64,000 nt of DNA, taken from a virus (taxonomy: Duplodnaviria > Caudoviricetes). The stretch lies in the IMG/VR virus record IMGVR_UViG_3300011339_001202, positions 5,099 to 69,098 of that record; one strand, given 5' to 3'. Numbering within the stretch: position 1 is the stretch's first letter; each line of letters opens with the position of its first letter. Made by a program: the position numbers and the translations under genes. Under the pieces are notes generated by a model. It searched no databases. It was not told the origin of the DNA and saw only the letters and a program-made list of their open reading frames with translations. Positions 30,001 to 38,114 of this stretch are shown here, in pieces.

Positions 30001-33000
30001 AGATTTGACAGGAATAACTTATCGGCCTTGCTTAGCTTCTTATTCTTAGCAATTGCCTTGAGCATCCTGAACGATTCCTTTGCCTGATTTACTTTGTCAA
30101 GCAGGGCCTTGTTCTTAACAAGCCTGTCTACAAAATCCAAAGCATTATCCAAGTCGGCAGGGCTAAGAATAAAATTCCTAAACTGCTTCAGTAGAGCCCG
30201 GGCCTGAGGAACATTAAGCTTGTTGAGGGCCTGCAAATCTTTTACATAATCAAAGAAATACTCGGTCTCGGTTTTTGCTCCGATTCGCTCCTCGTACTTC
30301 TGCACCATTTCATCAATGGCGGCCTTGTCAAGATTTGGAACTGCCTCAAGAATCTTTCTGATTTTCTCTACAGCCTTTTCTGTATTGACATTCTCTTTGG
30401 CAATTATATCACGGATCTGGTCACGAACGCTGGCAGGCAAATCTCTTCTACCCATGGATGCCTGAACATCTTGAACAGTATTTGTTGCTGCTTGCATAGC
30501 AGGAGAAACCCTACTGCCCTTAGACTGCTGTATATCGCCACCGACAGGGATGTTTAGGCTGGAGGCAGCTTCTCCAAGGTGTATCTTATTAAAAGATGCA
30601 TAATCCTCAAATGCTGTACCACCATCTCGAGCCATCGGCTTTGCGCTAAAGCTTCCGGCATCCATACATCCCACTTGAATTTTACTCAAAGGAATTCCGT
30701 ACTTAGCAGCAACTTTATCAATGTCCTGCTTTAGCATATTAAGCGAGCCAGACATTTCCCTTACCTTGATTCCGTTTGGAGTTTCAGCAATAATAAAGAA
30801 CGCCCCTCCAGAAAATCTATTGTAGTTGTTTTTTGTAGGGCTAAACAAAAGAGAATTTATTTGATTGCCTTGCTTATCCGTAAGAGCATAAATTCCTTTT
30901 TCAAAATCCTTAGCATCATCCTTTGCATACCAATTGATGTTATCAGCACCAACCTGAACAAGCTGAGTCATAACGATGTCTTCGTTATTCACATCGTTCA
31001 GCTTTTTAAATGTCAGCTTAACGCTATCTCCGCTGATTCTTTTAAATGTTGGGACATAATTTTTTGGATGGTCTCTTTTTATCTCAGCAAGCAATCCTCT
31101 TTTTAATTGATTTAGTTTATTGTTGCTGGTAAGAGTTGTAAGGTCATCATATGAAATCATAAAATGGCCAACTCCTTCGACATTGTCTACTCCGGACTTT
31201 TCATACAAATCAAAATTGCCTTTACTCGGCCCTGCCACATATGTTAAATCTCCGTTGTCGGCATCTCTAACATACATCCAAAGACGGCTTTTCCCGGTTG
31301 GGTCTCTTTCGTCTTTTATAGAGCCACGAACAGTAAACTTAATTGGAGTCTTTGCATTTATTGTAATTTGCTGAGCAGGCTTTGCTGTGTCTGGGTCCGC
31401 CATAACTTTTGACATATCCACAAACCCCTCTTCTTCTGTAGGCACTCCAATTCCAAATTTAATTGTCAAAAATCTGGAAGCGTTCTGATATACGCCAGAA
31501 GCAATTGGACTGCTGAAATAAATTGCAGGAGCAGCAACAGCACCGCCCATAAGCATTACAGCGGCTCTGTTAAAGGCAGCCTTGCGAATCCTTTGAGCGG
31601 CTGCTACAATAAAGCTCTTTGCCTTGCCTGAAAACTTTGACAGGCCGTCAAGACCTTTAGTGAAGTATTCTTTTACTGCATTGTAAATAGCCTTGCCTAC
31701 AGGCTCCTTGCCCGTGTGTTGTTCAGCAAATTCATCATACCCTTCAATATCAGAAACGGCATTCTCCATTGCCTCAAATTGACGAGCACCAGCAGCAAAC
31801 TCATCAAATGTGATAAGCCTGCCCATCTGATTAAATTGATCAACAGTTTCAAAATCATAAAAGACTTCTTCAATCTGCTCAACTTTCTCTTTCTCCTTTG
31901 CTGCCTCTTCAAGAGAAGCTCCCATCTCGGCCCGGGTCTCATTGTCCATTGACTGGATCATTGAGCGGACTTCCTTTGAAGTGAGGGCCTCAAACTCAAC
32001 TGAAGCCTTAAACTCTTCAAGAGCTTCTGCTACGCTGGCCGATTCGTCAAGCAAGTTTGCGAATTCTGTAGCAGCATTTGCAAGAGCATTAGCCCTTATT
32101 GTTCTGCTTCCATAGCTGCCTTGGGGCTCGGATAAACCTGCTCGTCCTCGTCCTCCTCCGACAGCCCTCCCGACAGGAACTGATTCAGCTCCATCTCCTC
32201 TTCTTCCGAGACTTGCTTGCCCAGAATCAATTCCAGACTCTGCCTGAACAGATCCGCTCCAAGTGGGGTCTTCGATTCCTCCTGCATCTTGGAGGACTTC
32301 ATTTCTTGTTTCATTTATTGAGAGTTCTTGATTTGCGTAATTATTCCAAATTTTTTCGATAGCTTTTACTTTTTTGCTATCTCGTTTAAAAGTGTCCGTA
32401 AACAATCCTCTAACGGCTTCCCATGTAATACTTTGAACCTGTCTTGGAAGCAGACCGGATTCTTTAGCTGCAAGTATATAGGCTTCAGCAAAAGCATAAT
32501 ATAATCCTTTAATTCCAAACGGAGCAGAATTGCTTACTCCTTCAGAACCAAAATTCTGTAGCACTTGTTTGGAGCTTCCAGATAAAGGCAATAAAAGAGC
32601 CGCTGCAATTGCATGCGTATCCATTGTAACATCATTATCCTCGGACATTGGATCAATGATGTTGTTGTTAAAGTTCCTAATCTTATGCATTTCGCCAAGA
32701 GTCCTTGTGATGCTCTCTTGACTACCATCAATATAAACAGATACCGCCTTACCTATCTCAACATAACTACCCCAAGCAACTTTTGCTTTATTGCCTTTGT
32801 TAGTATAGGCTGGCCCAATTACTGCGCCATCTGGTCTTAAAATATTATAATCCTTAGTTGTGTTTATTTCATTCCACAAACGAGCATAATATGGCTTAAG
32901 GCTATCCTGCACTTGGCTCATTTTTACGCCAACAAGTGCATTTAATTTTTGAATTAATTTATTGCCTGACTCTATTTTTTCAGAAAGCTTCTTTTCGGCT

Positions 33001-34847
33001 TCAACTATCTTTTGTTTAGTTTTTACTACTGCCTCTTTATTCGCAGTATTTCTTTTTTCAGAGTAAGCCAATTTAGCCTCTTCGTATTTTTTTGTGGCAT
33101 TACGAAGATTCTTTTTTGCGTTTGCCAGACCTTCTATGTTAATAAGCTTTTGCTTATCAACCATCTCTTTACTCATTGGAGGATTTTCATCAAAAGCCAT
33201 CATCACCATTTCGGCGAGTCTAACATTTTGATACCAATCCTTTTGAGGTGATAAGCAAGCAATCATTGCGGCAGCCTGCTCCTCTGTAACTGGATATTTT
33301 TTTGAAAAATCTTGAGCAAGAATATTTGCCCCATCATACCAAAGCGTTGAAATCTCCTTAAATTCTGGATTGAATTTATCCATCAAGAATTTTAAGTTAT
33401 CAGCAACCTGTCTTACAAGAATATCATATGCTTTCTGGGCTTCTTCGATTGTTTCAATTTCCCCGAATTTCTGAACCCCAGATACTATAGGCCACTTTGA
33501 GATTATATTTGAATTGCTTATAAATACATCTGGAGCCTTTTCTTTTACATACTCTAATGATAGCTCTGAAGCTTCTTCAACTATTTTCTTTTTATCTCTT
33601 GTGTAAACAGCTAAGCCTTTGGAAACTCTTTTTCCGGGACGAGCAAGAGTTCTTATACTTTTTACATCAATGTCCTTTACAGAAGATGCTCTTGCTTGAG
33701 GCCCCATTAAATTAGGGGCAATGTTTTCTTGATCGCCGTAAAGAATTCCGTATCCACCAAGCTCCCTCTCCAGAACTTGCTCAATACCTCTACCTTCTTT
33801 AAGAGCCGATGAAATACTTGAAGCAATTCTTATAAATGTCCTTTCATCAGATGTATCCTTGAGACGGAAATCTGTAATAGCAAGCTTATCTAAAATAGTA
33901 TTGATGAAATCAACAAGTGCCTGCTTTAAACTGAAAGGCAGCGATTCAATATTAATGTTACCAGAAGCAATTTGTGCAACTGTTTCAGTAATCATTTCAT
34001 CGTCCTTCTTTGCCTTATTTACTTCAGGAGACAAATCTGGATTATCGTAATCGCTAACAAATTGGTCTACCTTGAAGAAGTCTGTTGGGTTTTTGGCCTT
34101 GTATTCATTAAGCCCATTGATGAGCCTGTTATAAAGCTCTGGGTTAACATTGCGGATGATGTTTATTATTGGGTGAGTTCCTTCGTGGAATAAAACCACA
34201 TTAGGCATGCCCGGAACATCTACATCCTTATTAACCAGAATAACTCCATTCTGATAGAAATACCATCCCTCCGCAGACGGGACATATTTTGTTCCATTTC
34301 TTGCATGAAGGAATTTAGCAGCCGCTTGGAAATCTTCATTACTAAGAAGCATTACCCTTTGGCCAATATTACTTAAAGACCTTGCAATGTTTGCAGCGGC
34401 CTCTTCTTTTGTTGCAGCAGTTGTTTGCTTAACAGCCTTTGCAAACTTCCTTAAATTGTCTGCAATTTTCTGAGCAGCAGTTTTAGGCTTGCCTTCTTTG
34501 CTCTCTGGCTTCTTCTCCTGTTTTGACTCTGGCTTTTCCTCCGGCTTACCCTCTGGCTTCTTTTCCTCCGGCTTGCTTTCGGGCTTTTTCTCCTCCTTAG
34601 GGGCCTCTTCTTTCTTGCCCTCTGGCTTTGGCTTTTCCTCCGGCTTTACCTCTGGTTTAGCAGCAGCAGCTTGAGCAGCAGCTTGCTTAATATCCGCCTC
34701 GCTAAGGTTGTGAATTTTGATTACATCCGGAGCGTATTTCTGAGCAACATCTGCCCAGTATTTAGGATTCTCCAGAAGGAACTGCCTAAATTCATTGTAG
34801 GACATAGGATCGCCCTTATGCCCCTTAGGAGTGAAAACGCAAGTCAT
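27099..34847 (-). CDS. giant polyvalent ejected virion protein (2582 aa)
   Basis: LFHEGTH zincin motif; WYDGA..LSPQKDWYQNV / TMDTHA / QSITWEAVR domain; long helical C-terminus. Confidence 0.65.
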   Translation of the reverse strand: MTCVFTPKGHKGDPMSYNEFRQFLLENPKYWADVAQKYAPDVIKIHNLSEADIKQAAAQAAAAKPEVKPEEKPKPEGKKEEAPKEEKKPESKPEEKKPEGKPEEKPESKQEKKPESKEGKPKTAAQKIADNLRKFAKAVKQTTAATKEEAAANIARSLSNIGQRVMLLSNEDFQAAAKFLHARNGTKYVPSAEGWYFYQNGVILVNKDVDVPGMPNVVLFHEGTHPIINIIRNVNPELYNRLINGLNEYKAKNPTDFFKVDQFVSDYDNPDLSPEVNKAKKDDEMITETVAQIASGNINIESLPFSLKQALVDFINTILDKLAITDFRLKDTSDERTFIRIASSISSALKEGRGIEQVLERELGGYGILYGDQENIAPNLMGPQARASSVKDIDVKSIRTLARPGKRVSKGLAVYTRDKKKIVEEASELSLEYVKEKAPDVFISNSNIISKWPIVSGVQKFGEIETIEEAQKAYDILVRQVADNLKFLMDKFNPEFKEISTLWYDGANILAQDFSKKYPVTEEQAAAMIACLSPQKDWYQNVRLAEMVMMAFDENPPMSKEMVDKQKLINIEGLANAKKNLRNATKKYEEAKLAYSEKRNTANKEAVVKTKQKIVEAEKKLSEKIESGNKLIQKLNALVGVKMSQVQDSLKPYYARLWNEINTTKDYNILRPDGAVIGPAYTNKGNKAKVAWGSYVEIGKAVSVYIDGSQESITRTLGEMHKIRNFNNNIIDPMSEDNDVTMDTHAIAAALLLPLSGSSKQVLQNFGSEGVSNSAPFGIKGLYYAFAEAYILAAKESGLLPRQVQSITWEAVRGLFTDTFKRDSKKVKAIEKIWNNYANQELSINETRNEVLQDAGGIEDPTWSGSVQAESGIDSGQASLGRRGDGAESVPVGRAVGGGRGRAGLSEPQGSYGSRTIRANALANAATEFANLLDESASVAEALEEFKASVEFEALTSKEVRSMIQSMDNETRAEMGASLEEAAKEKEKVEQIEEVFYDFETVDQFNQMGRLITFDEFAAGARQFEAMENAVSDIEGYDEFAEQHTGKEPVGKAIYNAVKEYFTKGLDGLSKFSGKAKSFIVAAAQRIRKAAFNRAAVMLMGGAVAAPAIYFSSPIASGVYQNASRFLTIKFGIGVPTEEEGFVDMSKVMADPDTAKPAQQITINAKTPIKFTVRGSIKDERDPTGKSRLWMYVRDADNGDLTYVAGPSKGNFDLYEKSGVDNVEGVGHFMISYDDLTTLTSNNKLNQLKRGLLAEIKRDHPKNYVPTFKRISGDSVKLTFKKLNDVNNEDIVMTQLVQVGADNINWYAKDDAKDFEKGIYALTDKQGNQINSLLFSPTKNNYNRFSGGAFFIIAETPNGIKVREMSGSLNMLKQDIDKVAAKYGIPLSKIQVGCMDAGSFSAKPMARDGGTAFEDYASFNKIHLGEAASSLNIPVGGDIQQSKGSRVSPAMQAATNTVQDVQASMGRRDLPASVRDQIRDIIAKENVNTEKAVEKIRKILEAVPNLDKAAIDEMVQKYEERIGAKTETEYFFDYVKDLQALNKLNVPQARALLKQFRNFILSPADLDNALDFVDRLVKNKALLDKVNQAKESFRMLKAIAKNKKLSKADKLFLSNLATPKFYLADEAELIKLREMALNFISSRLTNAEQKFTMAEIDAAYNEAAARKPAKERAKPTVKIRANSRPIAELAVSDALNQYSSQISAVNDLSKMDLSVLTTETLYKILNALKVYDETGVLFDIGQITEMTRALNSGKTLKQTAIRATINKLAAGGISAKLQSVAAGANEIRRILVGGWDRNAARVTSDTQTMRDELNKKFADLKIGLPERFLLGAYGFFKEQSKGQTTSLKADVLTSQMNYLRDRIKNAKQYSSSGSEMRMLEHYYNGATDALAKLGAIRDENGQWKAIEDFDIDSAVPNNVKEAWDYTQKLLQEKTQQYADALRLYHGRDFDLIQDYFPRSFYKVDVSSGDIAYGQGDQLPQMGSIDPVINKQSTDIADRNRGRTAMPWDGGFYILDGYETALNGLWDINATIHLSKDYAYTNALVNQGSILTDTKTNDAVKKYLISSVSGILRDPMIFPDTRAFLERFSDTAINTITSTVLNNFTQYVKQPLATFQGFVANKDASLKAMALMRQAMGNPALEDALNKFFNNTSAPYAEQLAYNELEAKYYQGDIVSDKARGFLDKISPEWLVKANKFTQKQLLLTGYLAERGIGIDFIKEAAEGFNETALASAENFAESANSTANRHFLPMEIKDAKSYKKWLYFLSTYTFVATAQFWNNMGILTKPGYTATQKRMAGLQAIGFLGQQVIFQIATRGMRELLREMGQALGWLEEEDEDEEAKNRDKYWYQILAGVGIDTVVGPYASIIGDSIKTLVNKTAEWAQDEMAETEEEAKERFNLLYAKQSELPGAYSILEPLWQSGQKAIKNGDEAEAWALGLQATALMLKLGDLYFVSKMKVRALESIFATADSDKLLRTMRVQDSGQYKNWVNEGRGAGVPDNFLSKLTYKVGDMGYYVDASDAKKFMSIYEKSVENYSKMIKQNAQANNFKISDNEIKSKAEKIAEKQAQMQVKKIGFKLPDNY

Positions 34848-35326
34848 TATTTATTACCCAGTTCTTGGTCAAAGATAAGCACCTCATTACACTTGGAAAG
34901 TCGTGCAATTAAATCACCATACTCGCCCACGGCCTTAGTCTGAACCTCAACCATTTTCTGTGCGAATACTTTTAATGCAACAAGCTTTGCCTGATTGTAA
35001 ACCTTAGAGTAAAAGTCAAGAAGATCTGATTCCATTTCATATGCTGCATCGAGCAGGCAAGAAAGGCAATCATCTTTCATTTTAATCTCGTCAAGCGATG
35101 GGGTGGCAATCATGTCCCCCATATCATTTGCGAAATCTCTTACCTTATAGAAGTGTTCCGTCTCATCGGCGGCTTCCTTTTCAAAGAACTTTTGCGCTCC
35201 GAATAATCCTTCACGCTGGGCTGCCGAAGCAGAATATTTATAAAAGTGCGAAGCATACAGTTCATGCTCTCCGGCCTCGTTAACCATTTGCTTGTCTGAA
35301 GAAACAAGTAGTGATTTTATTTCCAT
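34847..35326 (-). CDS. ferritin-like protein
   Basis: EHELYASHFY, FFEKEAADETEH, AYEMESDL, VQTKAVGEY four-helix ferritin pattern. Confidence 0.78.
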   Translation of the reverse strand: MEIKSLLVSSDKQMVNEAGEHELYASHFYKYSASAAQREGLFGAQKFFEKEAADETEHFYKVRDFANDMGDMIATPSLDEIKMKDDCLSCLLDAAYEMESDLLDFYSKVYNQAKLVALKVFAQKMVEVQTKAVGEYGDLIARLSKCNEVLIFDQELGNK

Positions 35327-35349
35327 AGCTTATTCGTAATAAATATACG

Positions 35350-38106
35350 CTAACACTTTTTATCTAACCTATTCTCTTTTATAAGAGCATCAGTTATGCG
35401 TGTAAAATTATCATTTATTTTCCTCATTCCCTCATAAACTTCTGCACCATATGTGCTTGAGAAGTTCTCTTTATTCTGCATCCTCTGCCCCTTCTTCAGG
35501 CCCTCTCCCTTAAAGTTACTGTCGTACTCTTCAAAAGAAGGAAGTGCTGGAGCGGCCTCAGGCGCAGCCGTAGTTGGAGCTGCTTCTGCGACAGGAGCTG
35601 TTTCTACTGGAGTAGCGGCAGCTTCGGTTCCTGCAACGGGAGCAGCCTCAGTAGTCACTCCAGAAACGGGCGCACCCACAGAGCTCGCTGCTGCTTCTGT
35701 GCCCGGTTGTACAGCCCCAGTTGCTTGTCCTCCTTCTTGAACTGTCTGACCAGCCATTTCGGGAGAAGCTTGTTGGGGCTGAGTAGGAGCAGTAGTTGTA
35801 GCTCCTCCTTCTGGCTGAACTGTTTCATTAACTTGAGTTAAAGGTTGCTGTACAGATACCGTTGTTAGCTGTCTCAGATTAGGATCTGCCAACTGCCTCG
35901 AAAGTTCGTTAAGTACTTCCGGCTTAGTCAAGCTGATATTCCCCCTTCTTTGATTCTTAGCAGCAGTAATATTACCCTGTTTGTCACGAACAATTACATA
36001 TTTCTCGCCATTAATTGTAGCGGTGTTGTTGTTATCAACCTGTATGCCGTAATTCTTATCTGGCTGAGCCTCACGCAATAAAGTAGCCCCAATGCTTTCT
36101 ATAGTTGGATTGTCTGAAGGAATCTCGTAAATCTTTCCTTCTTCAGTTTCAACAACAAGCTTTCCACCTCCCTCGTCCTTTACATAATAACGCTTGCCGT
36201 CTATTTCAACCACTTGCCCAACCTGAGCTGCTGTGCCCTGAGTTGGGGCTACTTCTTGCCCCGGTGCTTGAAGTACTCCACTGCCGCCAGCCTCTTGTGT
36301 GCCGCCTGCTTGCTGAGGTTGGGCTTGCTGAGATTCTTGCCCTTCTCCGACTTGACCTGATACCCCTGTGCCGTCTTGACTATCATTTGCCTCTTTATAT
36401 GATTGAAATAAATTATTAAATGTCTCGTTGAACTTTTTTGAAATCTCAGCACTATAAGCCGGATTGCCCTCGGTCAAAGCATTTTTCAGCTCGTCCATGG
36501 TCATGTCATAGAACTGAGCCGTGTCCAGATATGCTGCTTGAGTGAGCGTATCAACCTCTTGCTGGCCTAATCCTTTGTCGATAAACCGCTCCACCATCCC
36601 AGCATAGAGTGGATCGTCCACCATTATCTGTTCCAGATACTTAGGGTCTTGCATGGCCTTCTGGGCATCTTCTGCCACAGCCGATGCACGGCCCTCTGAG
36701 ATTACATTGTTATTTACAAAGTCATCATACTCCTCCTGCCCCACTGTAGCACCAACGGTTTCACGGGCAGGGGCTGTAGTAGCAGCTTCTGCAGCAGGAG
36801 CGGCTTGTGTTTGTGCTGGCGCAGAAGGATTAAGCCTACTATCAATAAAACTTCCAATAGGATTGCTTATTACTTCAATTGCAGGAATTTCTCCCAAACC
36901 TTCAAGAGCAAGTTCTGGCAAATCTTTAGCCTTTATTTCCCCCTTAGTAGCTAATATAGCTCCTGCTTCTCCGGAAATACCAGCCGTGCCTTCAATAGCA
37001 AAATCAACAAGTTTGTCTTTTACTTTTCTAAACTTGCTAACCTTTCTACCCTTGTTTATTAAGTCTAAAGATTTTCTTGTCAGTTCTCTTGATGTAGACA
37101 CTGCTCCGCCAATAATACCTCCAGTAACATCGGCAAGCAATACAATACCAGTTCTTTTTAATGCATCGGAGCGAATCGGATCCATTAACTTTTTATTTCC
37201 CCAAGCCTTTCTAAGAGCATTAGGGTTTGTGATGTCAACACCCTTCTCTTCAAGGTCTGCCATTACAGATAGCGTGTATTCCATCTCTGCAGCGGCGGCA
37301 GCACCACCAGCCTGCAATCCATATCCAAGACCAGCAGCTCCTGTAGCAAGAGCCCCCGGGCCAGTGGCCGCCCCTAAAGCCAATCCACCCAATCCGCCAG
37401 CAGCACCACTACCAAGTACTTCATCATAACCACTTCTTGCAAGCGTTGCCGCCGAACCAAGAATTGTTGGGACAATCATTTTAAAATAATCTGTTACCCC
37501 TCTGGTGTCCGGATTGGCAAAATCTTGTTCTGTTTTTGTTGTTCCAAAGTCTTTAATCTTTTTATTGATTGCAGCTACTTTGTCAAAATCTATAAGGTTA
37601 GGATTTTTGCCTTCATCAAAAAAGGCTTGGTCAACAGCACTTGCGTTTTTTGTTACCTCTTGGATGAGTTCTCCCTCAGTCCACTTTCTCTGAACAATAT
37701 TCCCTGTATCTTTTGTCCAATCAATAACAGAACCAACAGTATCAATAACTGATGAAATAAATCCTTTATCTTCTTCTGGTTCAGGCGTTTTTTCAGAAAG
37801 TATTCCAGCATTAGCCTCGGCCACTTTTTGAGCAGCATTACCCTCCATATATTGGAATGGGCTTTCTCCTTTATATAATCCAAGGCTTTGCTCCCACCTT
37901 ACTGGCTCAAGATCTGTAAGACCTCTTTCCGTAAGGCCATAATAAATCTGGTCTCTAAATTCTTTGTCATTAACAATTTTATTAGAGAAATCTTTATAAC
38001 CCATTTTTGTAGCATAGCTTTTTACTTCCGGGTCGGAAGACTTGACCATGCTACGATACAGGTCAATTATAGGATTACCATCTTGCGTAGGATTTCCGTT
38101 TGCCAT
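35350..38106 (-). CDS. large virion/ejected protein (918 aa)
   Basis: Gly/Ala-rich membrane-like segment, acidic Pro/Ala/Gln linkers, terminal ..LDKKC. Confidence 0.6.
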   Translation of the reverse strand: MANGNPTQDGNPIIDLYRSMVKSSDPEVKSYATKMGYKDFSNKIVNDKEFRDQIYYGLTERGLTDLEPVRWEQSLGLYKGESPFQYMEGNAAQKVAEANAGILSEKTPEPEEDKGFISSVIDTVGSVIDWTKDTGNIVQRKWTEGELIQEVTKNASAVDQAFFDEGKNPNLIDFDKVAAINKKIKDFGTTKTEQDFANPDTRGVTDYFKMIVPTILGSAATLARSGYDEVLGSGAAGGLGGLALGAATGPGALATGAAGLGYGLQAGGAAAAAEMEYTLSVMADLEEKGVDITNPNALRKAWGNKKLMDPIRSDALKRTGIVLLADVTGGIIGGAVSTSRELTRKSLDLINKGRKVSKFRKVKDKLVDFAIEGTAGISGEAGAILATKGEIKAKDLPELALEGLGEIPAIEVISNPIGSFIDSRLNPSAPAQTQAAPAAEAATTAPARETVGATVGQEEYDDFVNNNVISEGRASAVAEDAQKAMQDPKYLEQIMVDDPLYAGMVERFIDKGLGQQEVDTLTQAAYLDTAQFYDMTMDELKNALTEGNPAYSAEISKKFNETFNNLFQSYKEANDSQDGTGVSGQVGEGQESQQAQPQQAGGTQEAGGSGVLQAPGQEVAPTQGTAAQVGQVVEIDGKRYYVKDEGGGKLVVETEEGKIYEIPSDNPTIESIGATLLREAQPDKNYGIQVDNNNTATINGEKYVIVRDKQGNITAAKNQRRGNISLTKPEVLNELSRQLADPNLRQLTTVSVQQPLTQVNETVQPEGGATTTAPTQPQQASPEMAGQTVQEGGQATGAVQPGTEAAASSVGAPVSGVTTEAAPVAGTEAAATPVETAPVAEAAPTTAAPEAAPALPSFEEYDSNFKGEGLKKGQRMQNKENFSSTYGAEVYEGMRKINDNFTRITDALIKENRLDKKC
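36249..36386 (-). CDS. nested 45-aa basic protein in the +1 frame of the 918-aa gene
   Basis: MIVKTAQGYQVKSEKGKNLSKPNLSKQAAHKRLAAVEYFKHRGKK resembles a stand-alone small phage family (..VKSEKGKNL..KRL.QVEYFKH); ATAAAGAGGCAA precedes the ATG. Confidence 0.6.
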   Translation of the reverse strand: MIVKTAQGYQVKSEKGKNLSKPNLSKQAAHKRLAAVEYFKHRGKK

Positions 38107-38114
38107 TTTATATA

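Noticed and set aside
31697-31942. 81-aa alternative-frame ORF in the giant protein
   Set aside because: Its K/L-rich composition is the expected shadow of an acidic main frame, with no independent motif.
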